Shown: positions 48,231 to 58,693 of the stretch, piece after piece
Position numbering within the stretch: position 1 is the first letter of the stretch
Layout: each line of letters opens with the position of its first letter
NCBI GenBank assembly: GCA_965237525.1
Contig: CBDEFO010000008.1
Coordinates: 608,001 to 672,000, forward strand
DNA length: 64,000 bases
Direction of reading: 5' to 3'
Origin: Candidatus Latescibacterota bacterium
Lineage (GTDB): Bacteria > Latescibacterota > CBDEFO01
Made by a program: the position numbers and the translations under genes
The notes under the pieces: generated by a model
Database searches by the model: none
The model's input: only the letters and a program-made list of their open reading frames with translations
Told to the model about the DNA's origin: nothing

Positions 48231-51200
48231 TTATTCTCCGACAACTGCAAATTTACCTCGTCTTATGTCCCCATTGTCTTCTACTATATATAGATATATA
48301 CCCGATCCTACGGTCTCTCCGTTCTCATTTCTGCCATCCCATTCGACTCCGCCGTCTCCTTCCTGATCGATTAGTGTCCGTAATAGGGAACCGTCCGAGG
48401 TATATATGTTGACCGTCGCACTCAGCGCTAAGTTCCCGAATATGAGCTCGGACCGTCCGACGCTCGGCAATCTGAAGGGATTTGGGAAAACAACTACATT
48501 ATTAATATCACCCGCTGCGATCCTGATAGTTTCAGCGTCGGATACGATCCTGTCCGATTCATCCTTTAGATTATCGACCGAGAGCACATATGTCTGGCCG
48601 TAAGATAGAAGGGGCGTATCCTGGCTTAGAGTCAGTATCACTTTCCTTCTATCCGAAGAATCCACCTTCGCTGACTCTATCAGTATCCCATCTGATGTGC
48701 TGCGACCGCTCCGTATCGAATAGAGAGAGACTTTATTGGAAAGGGGATCTATCTTGTCGCTGAAAGTTATTTCTATTTTCGTGCGCGAGAGAGTCTGTAA
48801 AGAGGCGATCTTTACGGCTGAATTCTCTCTTTTCAGGACGGAGAAGGAGACTTTGTTGTGATCTTTTATCTCTGAGCCGAACAGATCCCTTACACCCGTG
48901 ACTTCCAAAACGTAGCCCGAATCTGGAGGAATTGGATTCTCAAATCCCAGGACGACCCTCATCCCCTCTCTATCTAAGACAGTGGAACTCGGAGATCCTA
49001 TCTTATCTGATACGTTGTAATGTCCGGGTGACTTGGCCGAAGGTCCCAAAGGTTCATTGAAGATCGCCTCGATATGGTTTTTGGTTATAGCGTTAGCCGA
49101 AATCAGCCTCGGCGCAGCACTGGCCACTCCAGCTACGATGTCCGACAATCGCCCCTCAGAGGGAGGCGCATTAGAATCTAAAGACGAGATAGCGTAAAAG
49201 TATGTGATATCGGTCACAAGCCCAGCGTCTATGTAGAAGGGATCCGAGACTCCGTCCGCTATCAGAGTCAGATCATCTCTGTTACTACCTCTGTAGACTC
49301 TATACGATCCGCTTCCTCCCTCCCACGATAGTCTAACCCTTGTCGAATCCACCACAGAGACAGTCAATCCACCCGGCGGAGAGATTCCGCCTCTTGGAGC
49401 GTCCATCTCGTATATCCTTACAGCCCCGTCCCTGTTGAACATCACCTCTGGAAGACCGTCTCTGTCGAGGTCGCCGATAACGGGGAGGAACGTCAGATCC
49501 ACATCTATGTACCATACAGGACTGTAGCTGTCAGGGGCCTTGCTATCGAATAGATAGAGGTTCGGGAGTGCGCATACTGCAAACTCGTCCTCTCCGTCCC
49601 CGTCAAAATCTCCGGTAGATATTCCATTTCCCGGAGACTGAACCCCCAATATCTCCTGCTGCCATTCGACCTCGTAGCTGTCCTCTTTGGTAGATTGGTA
49701 GACGGAGATCCTCCACCTGCTCCCTCTTGGATCGAAAGGATCTGTGAACCTCCTGCCGACTATAAACTCTATCTTCCCATCTTTATCTATATCGCTTCCT
49801 CCCCCGACGATCCTGGCGTCAGAATGAGGGACACTCTCAGACCACGTCTTTCTGAACAGATCGTCCCCTCTGCTTTCGTATATGTACACGTCTCCGTCCG
49901 AATCGCCCGCTAAGATCTCTCCCTTTCCGTCGCCATCGAAGTCTCCCAGTACAAAGCGCGGCCCGATCTGGTTTTCGCCGCTCGTGAAGTTCGTCATTGA
50001 TCCCACAGTCTTGAACGAATTGTCCCCATCGCTTTCAAAGACGACTACGGCTTTGTCTATGTTGGAACGAGCTATGATCTCATACTGTCCGTCACCGTCT
50101 ATATCGCCCAATTCTCCGCCCCACATATCCTTTGCCTCCCATATCTTCCTCGTCGGAAAGGAGTTTGTACGATCTCCTTCAAATATCCTGAGCCTTGCAG
50201 AGTCGACGCCCATCAGCTCAAGCTTACCGTCTTTGTCTATATCCCCTATGTTCCAGGGAAGAAAGAGGTTCCTGCTTGAAAATTCTTTGGCGATGCCCCC
50301 ATCTGGCTGCACCTCATAGATTGTTGTAATGTCGTACGTGCTGTCCGTATAGGGCATCAGAGCTATCTCCATATTCCCGTCGTTGTCGAAGTCCGACGTC
50401 CTGTTAGACAGATATCCGTCGGGCAGAGACCACGCCTGTGAATATCCCCCCTGCCTGATATTTTCTCCTTCCAAGGTCACAGTTCCCCTCGAACTTGAGG
50501 ACAAAAGCCCTCCTGGGTTCTGAGCAGACACAAAAAAGGAATAATCCCCAGGTTCTATCTCATCGGGTATCCTTACGGAATGAAAATCGGTCTGATTGGG
50601 CGCTCCCAGAATTTCTGGATCTCCCGATTGTCCGTTACGAGTTAATGTCAGCGTTCCAGTCGTCGGATCGTCCGTCCTCCACTCCACAAAGTAGGCAACT
50701 TTGTTCCCGTCCAACCTTTTGGCTATGGAGATATCCCTTATCTGCGGGGCACTGTGATCCACCCTGACGACTACCCTGTCCTCCACTGCCGATCCATCTA
50801 TAAGGAACGCTCTCAATCTCACCACATAGAGTGAAGCTTCAAGCCTCGACGTATCCCAGAAAGTCAGGGTATCTTCCAAAGCTGTTGTTCCTACCGCTTC
50901 GAACAATTTATTCCAGCTTTTCGGATCGCTTCCCCTGCCCCAGCTTACCTCGTAAGAAGTGATGCCTTCTCCCAGTACGGTCCCCACTATGGCCGCGCCC
51001 AAGTCCGCTCCTCCTCCAGTCTCTGGCTTGGATATTCGAACTGTAAATGGAGAATTCTGGGAAAGCGCCTTTTCGACATCTATTGCCCCCGATCCTGAGC
51101 GGGCGTCCCATCCCTCCCCGCTTGAATCTATCGGGGACCGAATATCGAGCGCAGACGAAGCTACGGCCATCCGCAGCTCCTCCGGCGAAAGCCCGGGATC

Positions 51201-52442
51201 CTGGCTAAGCAAAAGTCCCGCCAGGCCCGATACAAAAGGAGCCGCCATAGATGTTCCGGAAAGCAGAACGTATCCTCCTCCCAGGCCAGCGCTGATGATC
51301 GCAACCCCCGGGGCGACTACATCCAAGTTCCATCCGAAATTGGAAAAGGAAGCCACTTGGCTCCTCACATCGATCGCCCCTACAGCTATAGTTTTGTCGA
51401 AACCCGCCGGATAGAAGAGACTCTCCTCAGCTTCATTCCCGGAAGATGCTACTAAAACGACGCCCAATTGATATGCGTACTCTATAACGTCCCTCATAAG
51501 AGGAGAGGGCCTGGGGTCTCCCCAGCTCATGTTTATCACATCTGCTCCATTATCTGCGGCATAGACTATGGCTGAGGCTACATCGTCGTCCTCAAGGAAG
51601 GCTCCCAGGCTCAGGTTCAGTCCTGCTCGCAAGGCCATAATTCTGCAATCTGGACAGACCCCCGCTATCCCCAGGTTATTGTCCACCACAGCTCCAGCTA
51701 TCCCGGCCACGTGCGTCCCGTGGCCCGACTCGTCCATCGGATCGTTGTCTGGCTCCAGGTAGTCGCCTACTCCCGGAAGTGTAGGGGCGTCAGTGAAGTC
51801 CCATCCCCTTATGTCATCTACATATCCGTTCCCGTCGTCGTCAACGCCCTCACTTCCTGATGCCTCTTTTAGGTTAATCCATATATTATCTTTCAGGTCC
51901 TCGTGATTGTAATCCACGCCTGAGTCTACTATTGCTATGATCACGCCTCCGCCTCTTGAGAATTTCCCCCTCGCTTTCTCCCAGCCGATAGCTCTCAAGC
52001 CCCACTGATCCTTATATTTTGGATCTTTCGGAGCTGTGTGATAGCGATTCAGATAGTTGGGCTGAGCGTATTCGACATAGCTTTCACTCTCATATTCCTC
52101 TATGGCATCTTCAACATCAGATGACACATCCATCCTCAGCTTATATATATAGTCCAATCCTCCCACTACAGGTTTGCCGATCCCTTTCCCGCTTCCATAG
52201 CGCGGGAAAAGTTCCTCCTCTGAGAACACTTTGAATTTCTCAGACATGCTGTCCCACTCCGCTGCCGCCTGGGACGACATCTTGGCACTTCCCGCCTTGA
52301 GCTTCACAATCAGTTCACCCGGAGCGTACCCCTCTGCTATAGCCTCCGAGACTTCATCGGATAGTGCTAACGATATGAATCCACAGACGAGCGCCTGCGC
52401 TGTAAGAGCTAACAGTACGATCCTTATCGCTATATCCCTCAT
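48231..52442 (-). CDS. Secreted S8 (subtilase) protease with FG-GAP repeats, FN3/Ig-like domains and C-terminal FlgD-Ig-like domain
   Basis: Catalytic IVDSG, HGTHVAG, GTSMAAP; DxDxDG repeats; FPNPF...WDGRNENGETVGSGIYLY. Confidence 0.92.
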   Translation of the reverse strand: MRDIAIRIVLLALTAQALVCGFISLALSDEVSEAIAEGYAPGELIVKLKAGSAKMSSQAAAEWDSMSEKFKVFSEEELFPRYGSGKGIGKPVVGGLDYIYKLRMDVSSDVEDAIEEYESESYVEYAQPNYLNRYHTAPKDPKYKDQWGLRAIGWEKARGKFSRGGGVIIAIVDSGVDYNHEDLKDNIWINLKEASGSEGVDDDGNGYVDDIRGWDFTDAPTLPGVGDYLEPDNDPMDESGHGTHVAGIAGAVVDNNLGIAGVCPDCRIMALRAGLNLSLGAFLEDDDVASAIVYAADNGADVINMSWGDPRPSPLMRDVIEYAYQLGVVLVASSGNEAEESLFYPAGFDKTIAVGAIDVRSQVASFSNFGWNLDVVAPGVAIISAGLGGGYVLLSGTSMAAPFVSGLAGLLLSQDPGLSPEELRMAVASSALDIRSPIDSSGEGWDARSGSGAIDVEKALSQNSPFTVRISKPETGGGADLGAAIVGTVLGEGITSYEVSWGRGSDPKSWNKLFEAVGTTALEDTLTFWDTSRLEASLYVVRLRAFLIDGSAVEDRVVVRVDHSAPQIRDISIAKRLDGNKVAYFVEWRTDDPTTGTLTLTRNGQSGDPEILGAPNQTDFHSVRIPDEIEPGDYSFFVSAQNPGGLLSSSSRGTVTLEGENIRQGGYSQAWSLPDGYLSNRTSDFDNDGNMEIALMPYTDSTYDITTIYEVQPDGGIAKEFSSRNLFLPWNIGDIDKDGKLELMGVDSARLRIFEGDRTNSFPTRKIWEAKDMWGGELGDIDGDGQYEIIARSNIDKAVVVFESDGDNSFKTVGSMTNFTSGENQIGPRFVLGDFDGDGKGEILAGDSDGDVYIYESRGDDLFRKTWSESVPHSDARIVGGGSDIDKDGKIEFIVGRRFTDPFDPRGSRWRISVYQSTKEDSYEVEWQQEILGVQSPGNGISTGDFDGDGEDEFAVCALPNLYLFDSKAPDSYSPVWYIDVDLTFLPVIGDLDRDGLPEVMFNRDGAVRIYEMDAPRGGISPPGGLTVSVVDSTRVRLSWEGGSGSYRVYRGSNRDDLTLIADGVSDPFYIDAGLVTDITYFYAISSLDSNAPPSEGRLSDIVAGVASAAPRLISANAITKNHIEAIFNEPLGPSAKSPGHYNVSDKIGSPSSTVLDREGMRVVLGFENPIPPDSGYVLEVTGVRDLFGSEIKDHNKVSFSVLKRENSAVKIASLQTLSRTKIEITFSDKIDPLSNKVSLYSIRSGRSTSDGILIESAKVDSSDRRKVILTLSQDTPLLSYGQTYVLSVDNLKDESDRIVSDAETIRIAAGDINNVVVFPNPFRLPSVGRSELIFGNLALSATVNIYTSDGSLLRTLIDQEGDGGVEWDGRNENGETVGSGIYLYIVEDNGDIRRGKFAVVGE
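51115..51137 (-). repeat. Family A palindrome in frame inside the S8 protease gene
   Basis: tccccgatagattcaagcgggga encodes SPIDSSGE within DIR-SPIDSSGE-GWD. Confidence 0.8.
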
Positions 52443-52478
52443 ATTGCTCCTATCTTCAAGACACCCTGTTGAATCTCT

Positions 52479-52506
52479 ATTATATTAGTTATATTAGTGA
52501 AATCAA
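52479..52506 (-). promoter_or_regulatory. Possible sigma70 promoter for the S8 protease
   Basis: TTGATT-16 nt-TATAAT. Confidence 0.45.
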
Positions 52507-52523
52507 GGACATATGTCAAATCT

Positions 52524-52566
52524 AAAAAAGACAACAAGAAACCGCCTTTGGAAGGTTAAAAGGCGG
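52524..52566 (-). terminator. Probable intrinsic terminator
   Basis: ccgccttt/aaaggcgg stem followed on the minus strand by tttcttgttgtctttttt. Confidence 0.6.
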
Positions 52567-52610
52567 CTGAAGAGATATGGGATACTACCTGTAAGGGGAT
52601 ATAGTGTCGT

Positions 52611-53356
52611 TTATGGTATTCTCCCTTGGATTGCTAAATTAAGGAAAACTTGTTGCTTTATATGACCCCAGGTGTGGGATGACACAGCCGAGGGGCGAAT
52701 TGCATCCTGTTTTTCGACACGTTTACCGTCAATTATTGCGTACAATACTCTCAGCTTGTTCTGAAAAGAAGGGAAGTCTGAAAGAATAAATGCTATAGTG
52801 GATCGTCTCAGGCCAAAGAATTGGATAAAATTTGCATCCCTTTGGTCGTATGCTTGTTCGTGGCCTAAAAAAATAAAATTGAATTGAAGGATAGGAAGAT
52901 TTACAATCGCTCTTCTTACCATAGTGTCGCCGTTATGTTCTGGAATAGCATAGAGCCCCTCGATGTAAGGGCTAAAATTATAGAGAGAGCTCGGTATCCT
53001 GCGAGCGCTCCATCAGACGACCATCCTCAGCAAACCGAACCTTCTTGCCTGCTAGAAAGAAATAGGGCGCCCGCGGAAAGTCATACCCCAGGTCACTGAA
53101 CACATAATAGGTGTGCCTGTCAATCTCTTCGGTATGTGTAATTGTGATCGTTACCTCAGTAAGTGCAACCCTCAGTGAGTCCGGTATGGGATCGATCTCA
53201 GGCTTGATCAAATCGAGATCATTGAAGTAGCTGTGACTGTAGGTCCAACTAATTCCCCACCGCCAAGGGCAGGAAATCCTCAGGGTTATAGTCTTGTCCC
53301 CACGTCATATTTGCTACCCACAACTGCGCTACTACGAAAAACGCAAATCTTTTCAT
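52611..53356 (-). pseudogene. Doubly frameshifted secreted protein with a TWGxIK-type C-terminal motif
   Basis: MKRFAFFVVAQLWVANMTWG-QDYNPEDFLPLAVGN / SWTYSH...ELSL / YNFSPY...AVSSHTWGHIKQQ across three frames. Confidence 0.7.
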
Positions 53357-53362
53357 TTAGCA

Positions 53363-54574
53363 CTATACTAACCGTATAAGCGCAATCTCAGGCGGGCAGT
53401 TCAGCCTGACCGGAGTGCCCGTCACGCCCACTCCTCTTGAAAGATAAAGATGACTCTTTCCCTTCCTGTATAGCCCTTCTATATATTCTGTGACGAGCAT
53501 CGCAGGACACCACTTCAGACCCAGAAACTCAAGCACGACCTGACCGCCGTGTACGTGCCCCGATAAGGTCAGGTCGATCCCCCTTTGGACCGCATAAGGA
53601 AAATACCAGGGCTTGTGGCAGAGCAAGATCTTGGGATCTTCGTGAGAAGCCCTCCTCAGAGCTATATCCATCTCATCGTCCACTCTTCTCGTCCTGTTGT
53701 CCACGCCTATTATATTGATCCTATTCCCCTTAACATCCAAGACCTCCGCTTCATTCCTCAGAATACGGACACCTGATCTTTCCAAACTCGCTGCTATCTC
53801 CTCGGGGTCAACCCAATGATCGTGATTGCCAAGGCACCCGTAGATGCCGTATTTTGACCTCAATCGGGACAGGGCTTCCTCGCACGGGGGGATATACCTT
53901 GTCGAATGAGATACAAAATCTCCTGTCAGAGTTACAATGTCTGCCTCAAGCCCGTTCGTTATAGCGACCACCTCATCTAAGTTTTCCTTGTCCACAAATA
54001 TGCCCGAATGAAAGTCGGTTACGTGAGCGATTTTAAGCCCGTTAAGAGCGTCAGGCAGGTTCTCAAGCTCTACCTCAACGTTTGTGACATCGTACTTCTT
54101 AGATTGGTGCAAGGCTCCGTAAGTGGAAGAAATAAAAGGAGAAGACGCCACACCGAAGGAGAGTTTCTTGATGAAGTTTCGTCTGCTTACCGAATTTATA
54201 GGCGAAAATTTCCTCTCGCTTGAATGCAGGGACAAGCTGGCACTGCCCCTACGAATTATCTTCAAGATACCATCCTTGATTAAAAGAGCCCAATCGTTTA
54301 GAAGCAGAAAGGGCAGAAGAATTAAAGATCCTGTGGTCCACACCGCAAAGGGAAATATCACAGCCCAGATTGTCCATTCGGGAAATAGATTCTGAGAATT
54401 TCTCCAGAAGAACAGAAATAACCAGGGCAGATTCATATAGACAAAAAACGTAGCGGTCAGGCTTTTAAAGTTGCCGTATTCCTCTGCAAAAGCCACCACC
54501 TTGCGATAGATATAGTATTGACTCCCTACCATAAGACCTGCAAATGCCAGCGCGCCTATAATTCTCCCGATCAA
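53363..54574 (-). CDS. Membrane-anchored metallophosphoesterase
   Basis: TDFH, TGDF, LGNHD, LSGHVHGGQ, PPEI; N-terminal TMs and SRRNFIK. Confidence 0.9.
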   Translation of the reverse strand: MIGRIIGALAFAGLMVGSQYYIYRKVVAFAEEYGNFKSLTATFFVYMNLPWLFLFFWRNSQNLFPEWTIWAVIFPFAVWTTGSLILLPFLLLNDWALLIKDGILKIIRRGSASLSLHSSERKFSPINSVSRRNFIKKLSFGVASSPFISSTYGALHQSKKYDVTNVEVELENLPDALNGLKIAHVTDFHSGIFVDKENLDEVVAITNGLEADIVTLTGDFVSHSTRYIPPCEEALSRLRSKYGIYGCLGNHDHWVDPEEIAASLERSGVRILRNEAEVLDVKGNRINIIGVDNRTRRVDDEMDIALRRASHEDPKILLCHKPWYFPYAVQRGIDLTLSGHVHGGQVVLEFLGLKWCPAMLVTEYIEGLYRKGKSHLYLSRGVGVTGTPVRLNCPPEIALIRLV

Positions 54575-54598
54575 CTCTTATCACCTGGACCTTTCTAC

Positions 54599-54649
54599 GA
54601 GATTGGTTCCGCTTCGCGTCTCCTTCGGGGTGGCTTGGCTCGCAATGAC
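54599..54649. repeat. Family B repeat copy
   Basis: gagattggttccgcttcgcgtctccttcggggtggcttggctcgcaatgac. Confidence 0.8.
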
Positions 54650-54762
54650 AGTTTAGGGCGTTCGTAATAATGTGACTGGCTTTGGGCTTCAACAGGACAG
54701 ACGAAAATGTCTATCCTACTACCAAGCACAGTGGGTCAGACCTCCTGTCTGACGAAGCAATC

Positions 54763-55278
54763 TCACTTTCTTTCGCCTTTAGGTTTTGCAAAGAGCGGAA
54801 GCGAACGGTCCGTCTCGGCCTCTATTTTCCGGTGGCAGGAGTGACACACACAGATCAGGTTCTCCAGCCTGTTCGCTTCCACGTTCGACTTGAACATCCG
54901 GTATGGCAGAATGTGATGCACGTCCAACTGCTTTCCCAATTCTTTCTCCGTGGCACCGCATGTTTGGCAAGTGTAAAGGTCCCTTTCTCTTGCCTGTTGA
55001 GCCTGAGATTCCCAGTTCCCCCCTCTTTTGTCAGGGTGCCCGTCTAAACGGATAAGGGGCTCCTTATCCGCCTCCCTTTTCCATTTCTCGAAACACTCGC
55101 TGTCACAAAAATGGAGCTTCAGTCCATGCTTGACGTACCATTCGGGCATCTGGACAAGCTTTGAACAATAGCTACAAGGGACATCTAACATCTGATCCTT
55201 CGTCACATCCGCACCCGGAAACTCGAAAGTCATCTGATCGGAGAGAGAGTCCGTTTCATTTAATTTACATATCGACAT
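54763..55278 (-). CDS. HNH endonuclease with an N-terminal Cys-rich Zn-binding region
   Basis: CSYC...FCDSEC; RERDLYTCQTC, LDVHHI, NRLENLICVCHSCH. Confidence 0.85.
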   Translation of the reverse strand: MSICKLNETDSLSDQMTFEFPGADVTKDQMLDVPCSYCSKLVQMPEWYVKHGLKLHFCDSECFEKWKREADKEPLIRLDGHPDKRGGNWESQAQQARERDLYTCQTCGATEKELGKQLDVHHILPYRMFKSNVEANRLENLICVCHSCHRKIEAETDRSLPLFAKPKGERK

Positions 55279-55537
55279 GACTACCTGGTAGCAAGTCTGG
55301 GAAAAACTCCGTTTATCCCGCGTTCGGGTTATTCGATTCTGCCGTTAGTCAGGTTCAGCGGTATGGAAAGGGGGGGCTCTGATGCATCTCTTGCAGACGT
55401 CTCCTCAGGGACAAAGGATATATCCACAGGAACATCTACTACGTCAGCGGGGATATTTATTATAGGGCCTCTGGCCGGCGATATTATCACCTCCCGGTCG
55501 TCGGTGGTTGAAAAGACTATTATCCTGAGCGTATTAG

Positions 55538-57056
55538 AAGCCTTGTGAAATAGTTATGTCCCAGGCAGCGTCTGAAGCGCCGATTATGGGTCAAAGAGAA
55601 GCATATCGTATCGTTTTGCTGTGGAATAAGCAAAATAGTCTTATCAGAGTTCTGGTCAGCAAGGAACAGGAGCTGTTTGAAGAACAGGATGCACTGTCTT
55701 TGACAGGCAGGGCACACATAGACGCTTTCCCCCTTCTTATGAAAGATACAAGCCTCTTGAGATTCTGTACTGTTGCAACAAGATTCAACTGTTCATTCAG
55801 TGAGGCTGGTCCTCTATAACGGGCTCGTCCCATACCGTGTTGTTGCCTGGCTTCAGCAAAGATATGTTCACTGCGTTTACGGAGTCTCCGGGAGAGTTTG
55901 TAGTCAGCTGTTAATGAGATAGACCGTGCATGATTTCTGGCTTTCGCCTCTCGCACTTTTCTATCCCGTTCGGCCTGAATATGTGCTGGATTTGTCTTGT
56001 TTTTCCATGTAGGAATCGGTTCAATCTTCTCATCGGCTCGCAGAGGAATATGGGGTATGATTCCCCGGTCAAGTACATCAGCGATAAAATTACCAGAACC
56101 GTAACCGGTATCGGCACTAAGTGTCTGAATGTCTTTGGGCATGGTGTATGTTTCAAGGTCATCTACCATCTTAAGGGCACTTTCGGGCTCTGCTGTCCCT
56201 GTCGCCTGCGTGCCCTGAGTCTCAAGGATTACTCTGCTTTTTGTGTCGATCAGATCATGGCCCATAAACGAGAGAAAAGCCCCTTTGCCCTTCGATTTGC
56301 TGTATAAGCGCGCGTCGGGGTCTGTAGTCGAACGGTGTGTTTGGTTCGTCCACTTTTCACCATGAAAGTCTTTATCCTGAGGATGCCCGGACCTACCCTT
56401 TGTCTTATCACCTTCAAAACCGATTCCCTTGAGATAATCATCAAGAGAAACAGGGGGTTCTATCGGCTCAATACTTTTCACTGAAGCATCAGCTTGTATC
56501 TGAGTGCCGTCGACACTAAGGTGTTTACCGCTCACAACACCGACATCTATGCAACACTGGACTACCTGACGCATTATCCGTTCAAACAACCCACTGGATG
56601 CCCACTTGTGATTGCGAAGCTTGTTGATCGTGCTCCTATCCGGAACCGCATCATCAAATGTCTGATGACAAAACAACCGATATGCCGCATGCATCCCCAC
56701 TTCCTGACAGAGCCGATTCTCACTCAAATTATACAGATAGCCAATAAGGATCATTCGAACAACTAATTCAGGATCAATACCGGGTCTGCCATTGTCAGGG
56801 CAATAACAATCTGATACAACGTCTCGTACAAATGAAAAATCAACTGCCTCATCAATCTGACGAAGGATATGATCCTCGGGAACTAAATCCTCCATCTGAA
56901 AATAGTGAAACATCGGATTTGTCTGTTCCTGCTTTTGTGGGGTCATTGTTTCCTCCATGTATAATATTATCAATAACATAATATAATACATCGGAGCTGC
57001 TTTATCAATGCTTGTTCTATACTACTTTCTGAATCTAAGGGTTTTTCACAAGGCTT
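55538..57056 (-). mobile_element. IS1182-family insertion sequence, 1519 bp
   Basis: IRs AAGCCTTGTGAAA at both ends; 4-bp TSD TTAG at 55534-55537 and 57057-57060. Confidence 0.92.
55591..56946 (-). CDS. IS1182-family transposase
   Basis: LVPEDHILR, GRPGIDPE, VDGTQIQADAS, STTDPDARL, ADTGY, EHIFAEAR, QNLKRL. Confidence 0.92.
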   Translation of the reverse strand: MTPQKQEQTNPMFHYFQMEDLVPEDHILRQIDEAVDFSFVRDVVSDCYCPDNGRPGIDPELVVRMILIGYLYNLSENRLCQEVGMHAAYRLFCHQTFDDAVPDRSTINKLRNHKWASSGLFERIMRQVVQCCIDVGVVSGKHLSVDGTQIQADASVKSIEPIEPPVSLDDYLKGIGFEGDKTKGRSGHPQDKDFHGEKWTNQTHRSTTDPDARLYSKSKGKGAFLSFMGHDLIDTKSRVILETQGTQATGTAEPESALKMVDDLETYTMPKDIQTLSADTGYGSGNFIADVLDRGIIPHIPLRADEKIEPIPTWKNKTNPAHIQAERDRKVREAKARNHARSISLTADYKLSRRLRKRSEHIFAEARQQHGMGRARYRGPASLNEQLNLVATVQNLKRLVSFIRRGKASMCALPVKDSASCSSNSSCSLLTRTLIRLFCLFHSKTIRYASL

Positions 57057-57904
57057 TTAGATCCTATGAGATTAGAATCTATAAAGAATTCATCCGGAAC
57101 CCTTTCGGTCGTTTCAGGGTCCCCAAAGGTTATCTTGCTCATGTCAGCAGTTATGTCCATCTGGAGTCCGCGAACAGGTTCAGCATTATCCAATATGAGG
57201 GGGATTTGAATACTGTCCCCCGGATTTGCGTCTATCGTGGGGATCGAAAGCACTGTGACGCCTGAGACTACTTCTATGGTTTTGCTACCTGTCGACTGAT
57301 CTTTCCCGTCGCTGACTGTAAGGGTGATCGTGTATATTCCCGGTTGCAAAGGAGCTTGCCATTTTACTTCAGGAGACATGGATCCTTCAGGAAATGTCCC
57401 GCCGTCGCTGGTCCAACTGTAGTTAAGGAGATCATTTTCTGCATCAACGACCTCTGCGACGATGACGATTGTCTCTTCAGGTTTTACTTTGGCGCGCTCG
57501 GGTCGGATCGAGTTTATCTGAGGCGGGTTGTTGACAGGCCCTGTTGGGCTATCATCCCCTCCGCAGCTTAGAAATCCGAAGATCAAAAGACAGAAAAGGG
57601 CAAATAACGGTCGGGGCAATCTTTCAACTTTCATCTTTCCTCCCTAGAGATAAGAGATATTTCAATCCCTCTTTCTTCACGTTGTGGCCAGGAGCATCCG
57701 GGTGAATCTCTTAGGAAGCAGATCACACCGAAGACACAAGCTTATTAGCTTCCATCAAGGTACCAAGAAATCAACAACTTGTCAAGGGGAAAGTCGCCTC
57801 TTAGCTTGTATCCTGAAGGTACCGGATAAAGACACACAGTATCCACTTTCGACAGAATTAGATTGAAAAGATGAACATCGAGGTCTTCAGAATTCAAAAA
57901 GTAT

Positions 57905-57933
57905 TTGCAAAATGAATGCAAATTGTTTATATT
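57905..57933 (+). promoter_or_regulatory. Probable sigma70 promoter of rpsU
   Basis: TTGCAA-17 nt-TATATT; AGGAGG RBS downstream. Confidence 0.55.
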
Positions 57934-57992
57934 ATCTGTAGTTACTAAATATAGAGCTTCAAATTGCTAAGGAAAGGAGGGAGAATTTTTGC

Positions 57993-58181
57993 ATGGCTGG
58001 CGTTACTGTTAGAGAAAAAGAGCCATTTGAAAAAGCACTTAGAAGGTTCAAAAAGACCTGTGAGAAGGCTGGTATAATGTCCGATATAAAAAAGCACCAG
58101 CACTTTGAAAAGCCAAGTGAAAGACGGAAACGCAAGATTAATTCAGCAAAGCGGAGGAAGTTAAGATTCAGCTCATCCTAA
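57993..58181 (+). CDS. rpsU: 30S ribosomal protein S21
   Basis: EPFEKALRRFKK...HFEKPSERRKRK. Confidence 0.97.
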   Translation: MAGVTVREKEPFEKALRRFKKTCEKAGIMSDIKKHQHFEKPSERRKRKINSAKRRKLRFSSS

Positions 58182-58593
58182 TGATAGGAAAGAGCACAAG
58201 GTAAGATTACTGGGATGCCAGATGCTATAAGCTATTTCTTTCCTGGCAGAGGTTTCTCGGTACTTCTGGGGCGCCTTTTGAATAGGCCTTTCGTGAACTA
58301 ACCTATTGTAACTCCCCGCGGTGGACGTTTCACTGCAAAGGAAGCTATAAGTTGTGTGCTAAAGCTTTGGATAGTACACAACTTTGGTTCTGACAAGCCT
58401 CAACGAAGTTGCAGTCCGTAGGCTCAATTTCGTCTTTCGCAGAAGCTATGAAAAATGACCGGATCGAATGTGACCCGGTCATTTTCATTATGATCTTCTA
58501 TGGGCCAAAAAGCTATAGTTTGGGGGAAAACCTGTTAGCATGAGGTTACGAAGCTTAGCGTGTGGTAGTTCACATGCTGATGGACATCCAATA

Positions 58594-58627
58594 CCTTCGG
58601 TCAAAAAAGACCGGAGGTTATTTTTTG
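58594..58627 (+). terminator. Intrinsic terminator-like hairpin upstream of the ECF sigma gene
   Basis: ccttcggtc-aaaaaa-gaccggagg followed by ttattttttt. Confidence 0.55.
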
Positions 58628-58693
58628 CCTCCTTCAGAAAAAAGTGAAATATTTCAGGTCATTCCCTCGTAGTACATAAAGAGAGAAACGCCT

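Larger units (their letters stand above)
55329..57634 (-). pseudogene. PKD + cohesin-like lipoprotein split by an IS1182-family element
   Basis: FLSC lipobox, NNPPQI...YSWT...LTVSDG (PKD); IS removal restores NLIGS-NTLRIIVFS...LTNGRIE*. Confidence 0.85.

Noticed and set aside
54763..55278. HNH gene as a homing endonuclease or part of the adjacent IS
   Set aside because: It lies outside the IS ends, with no intron or intein context
57744..57830. Imperfect direct repeat ttagctt...aaggtacc
   Set aside because: Only two gapped copies; too weak to call a binding site
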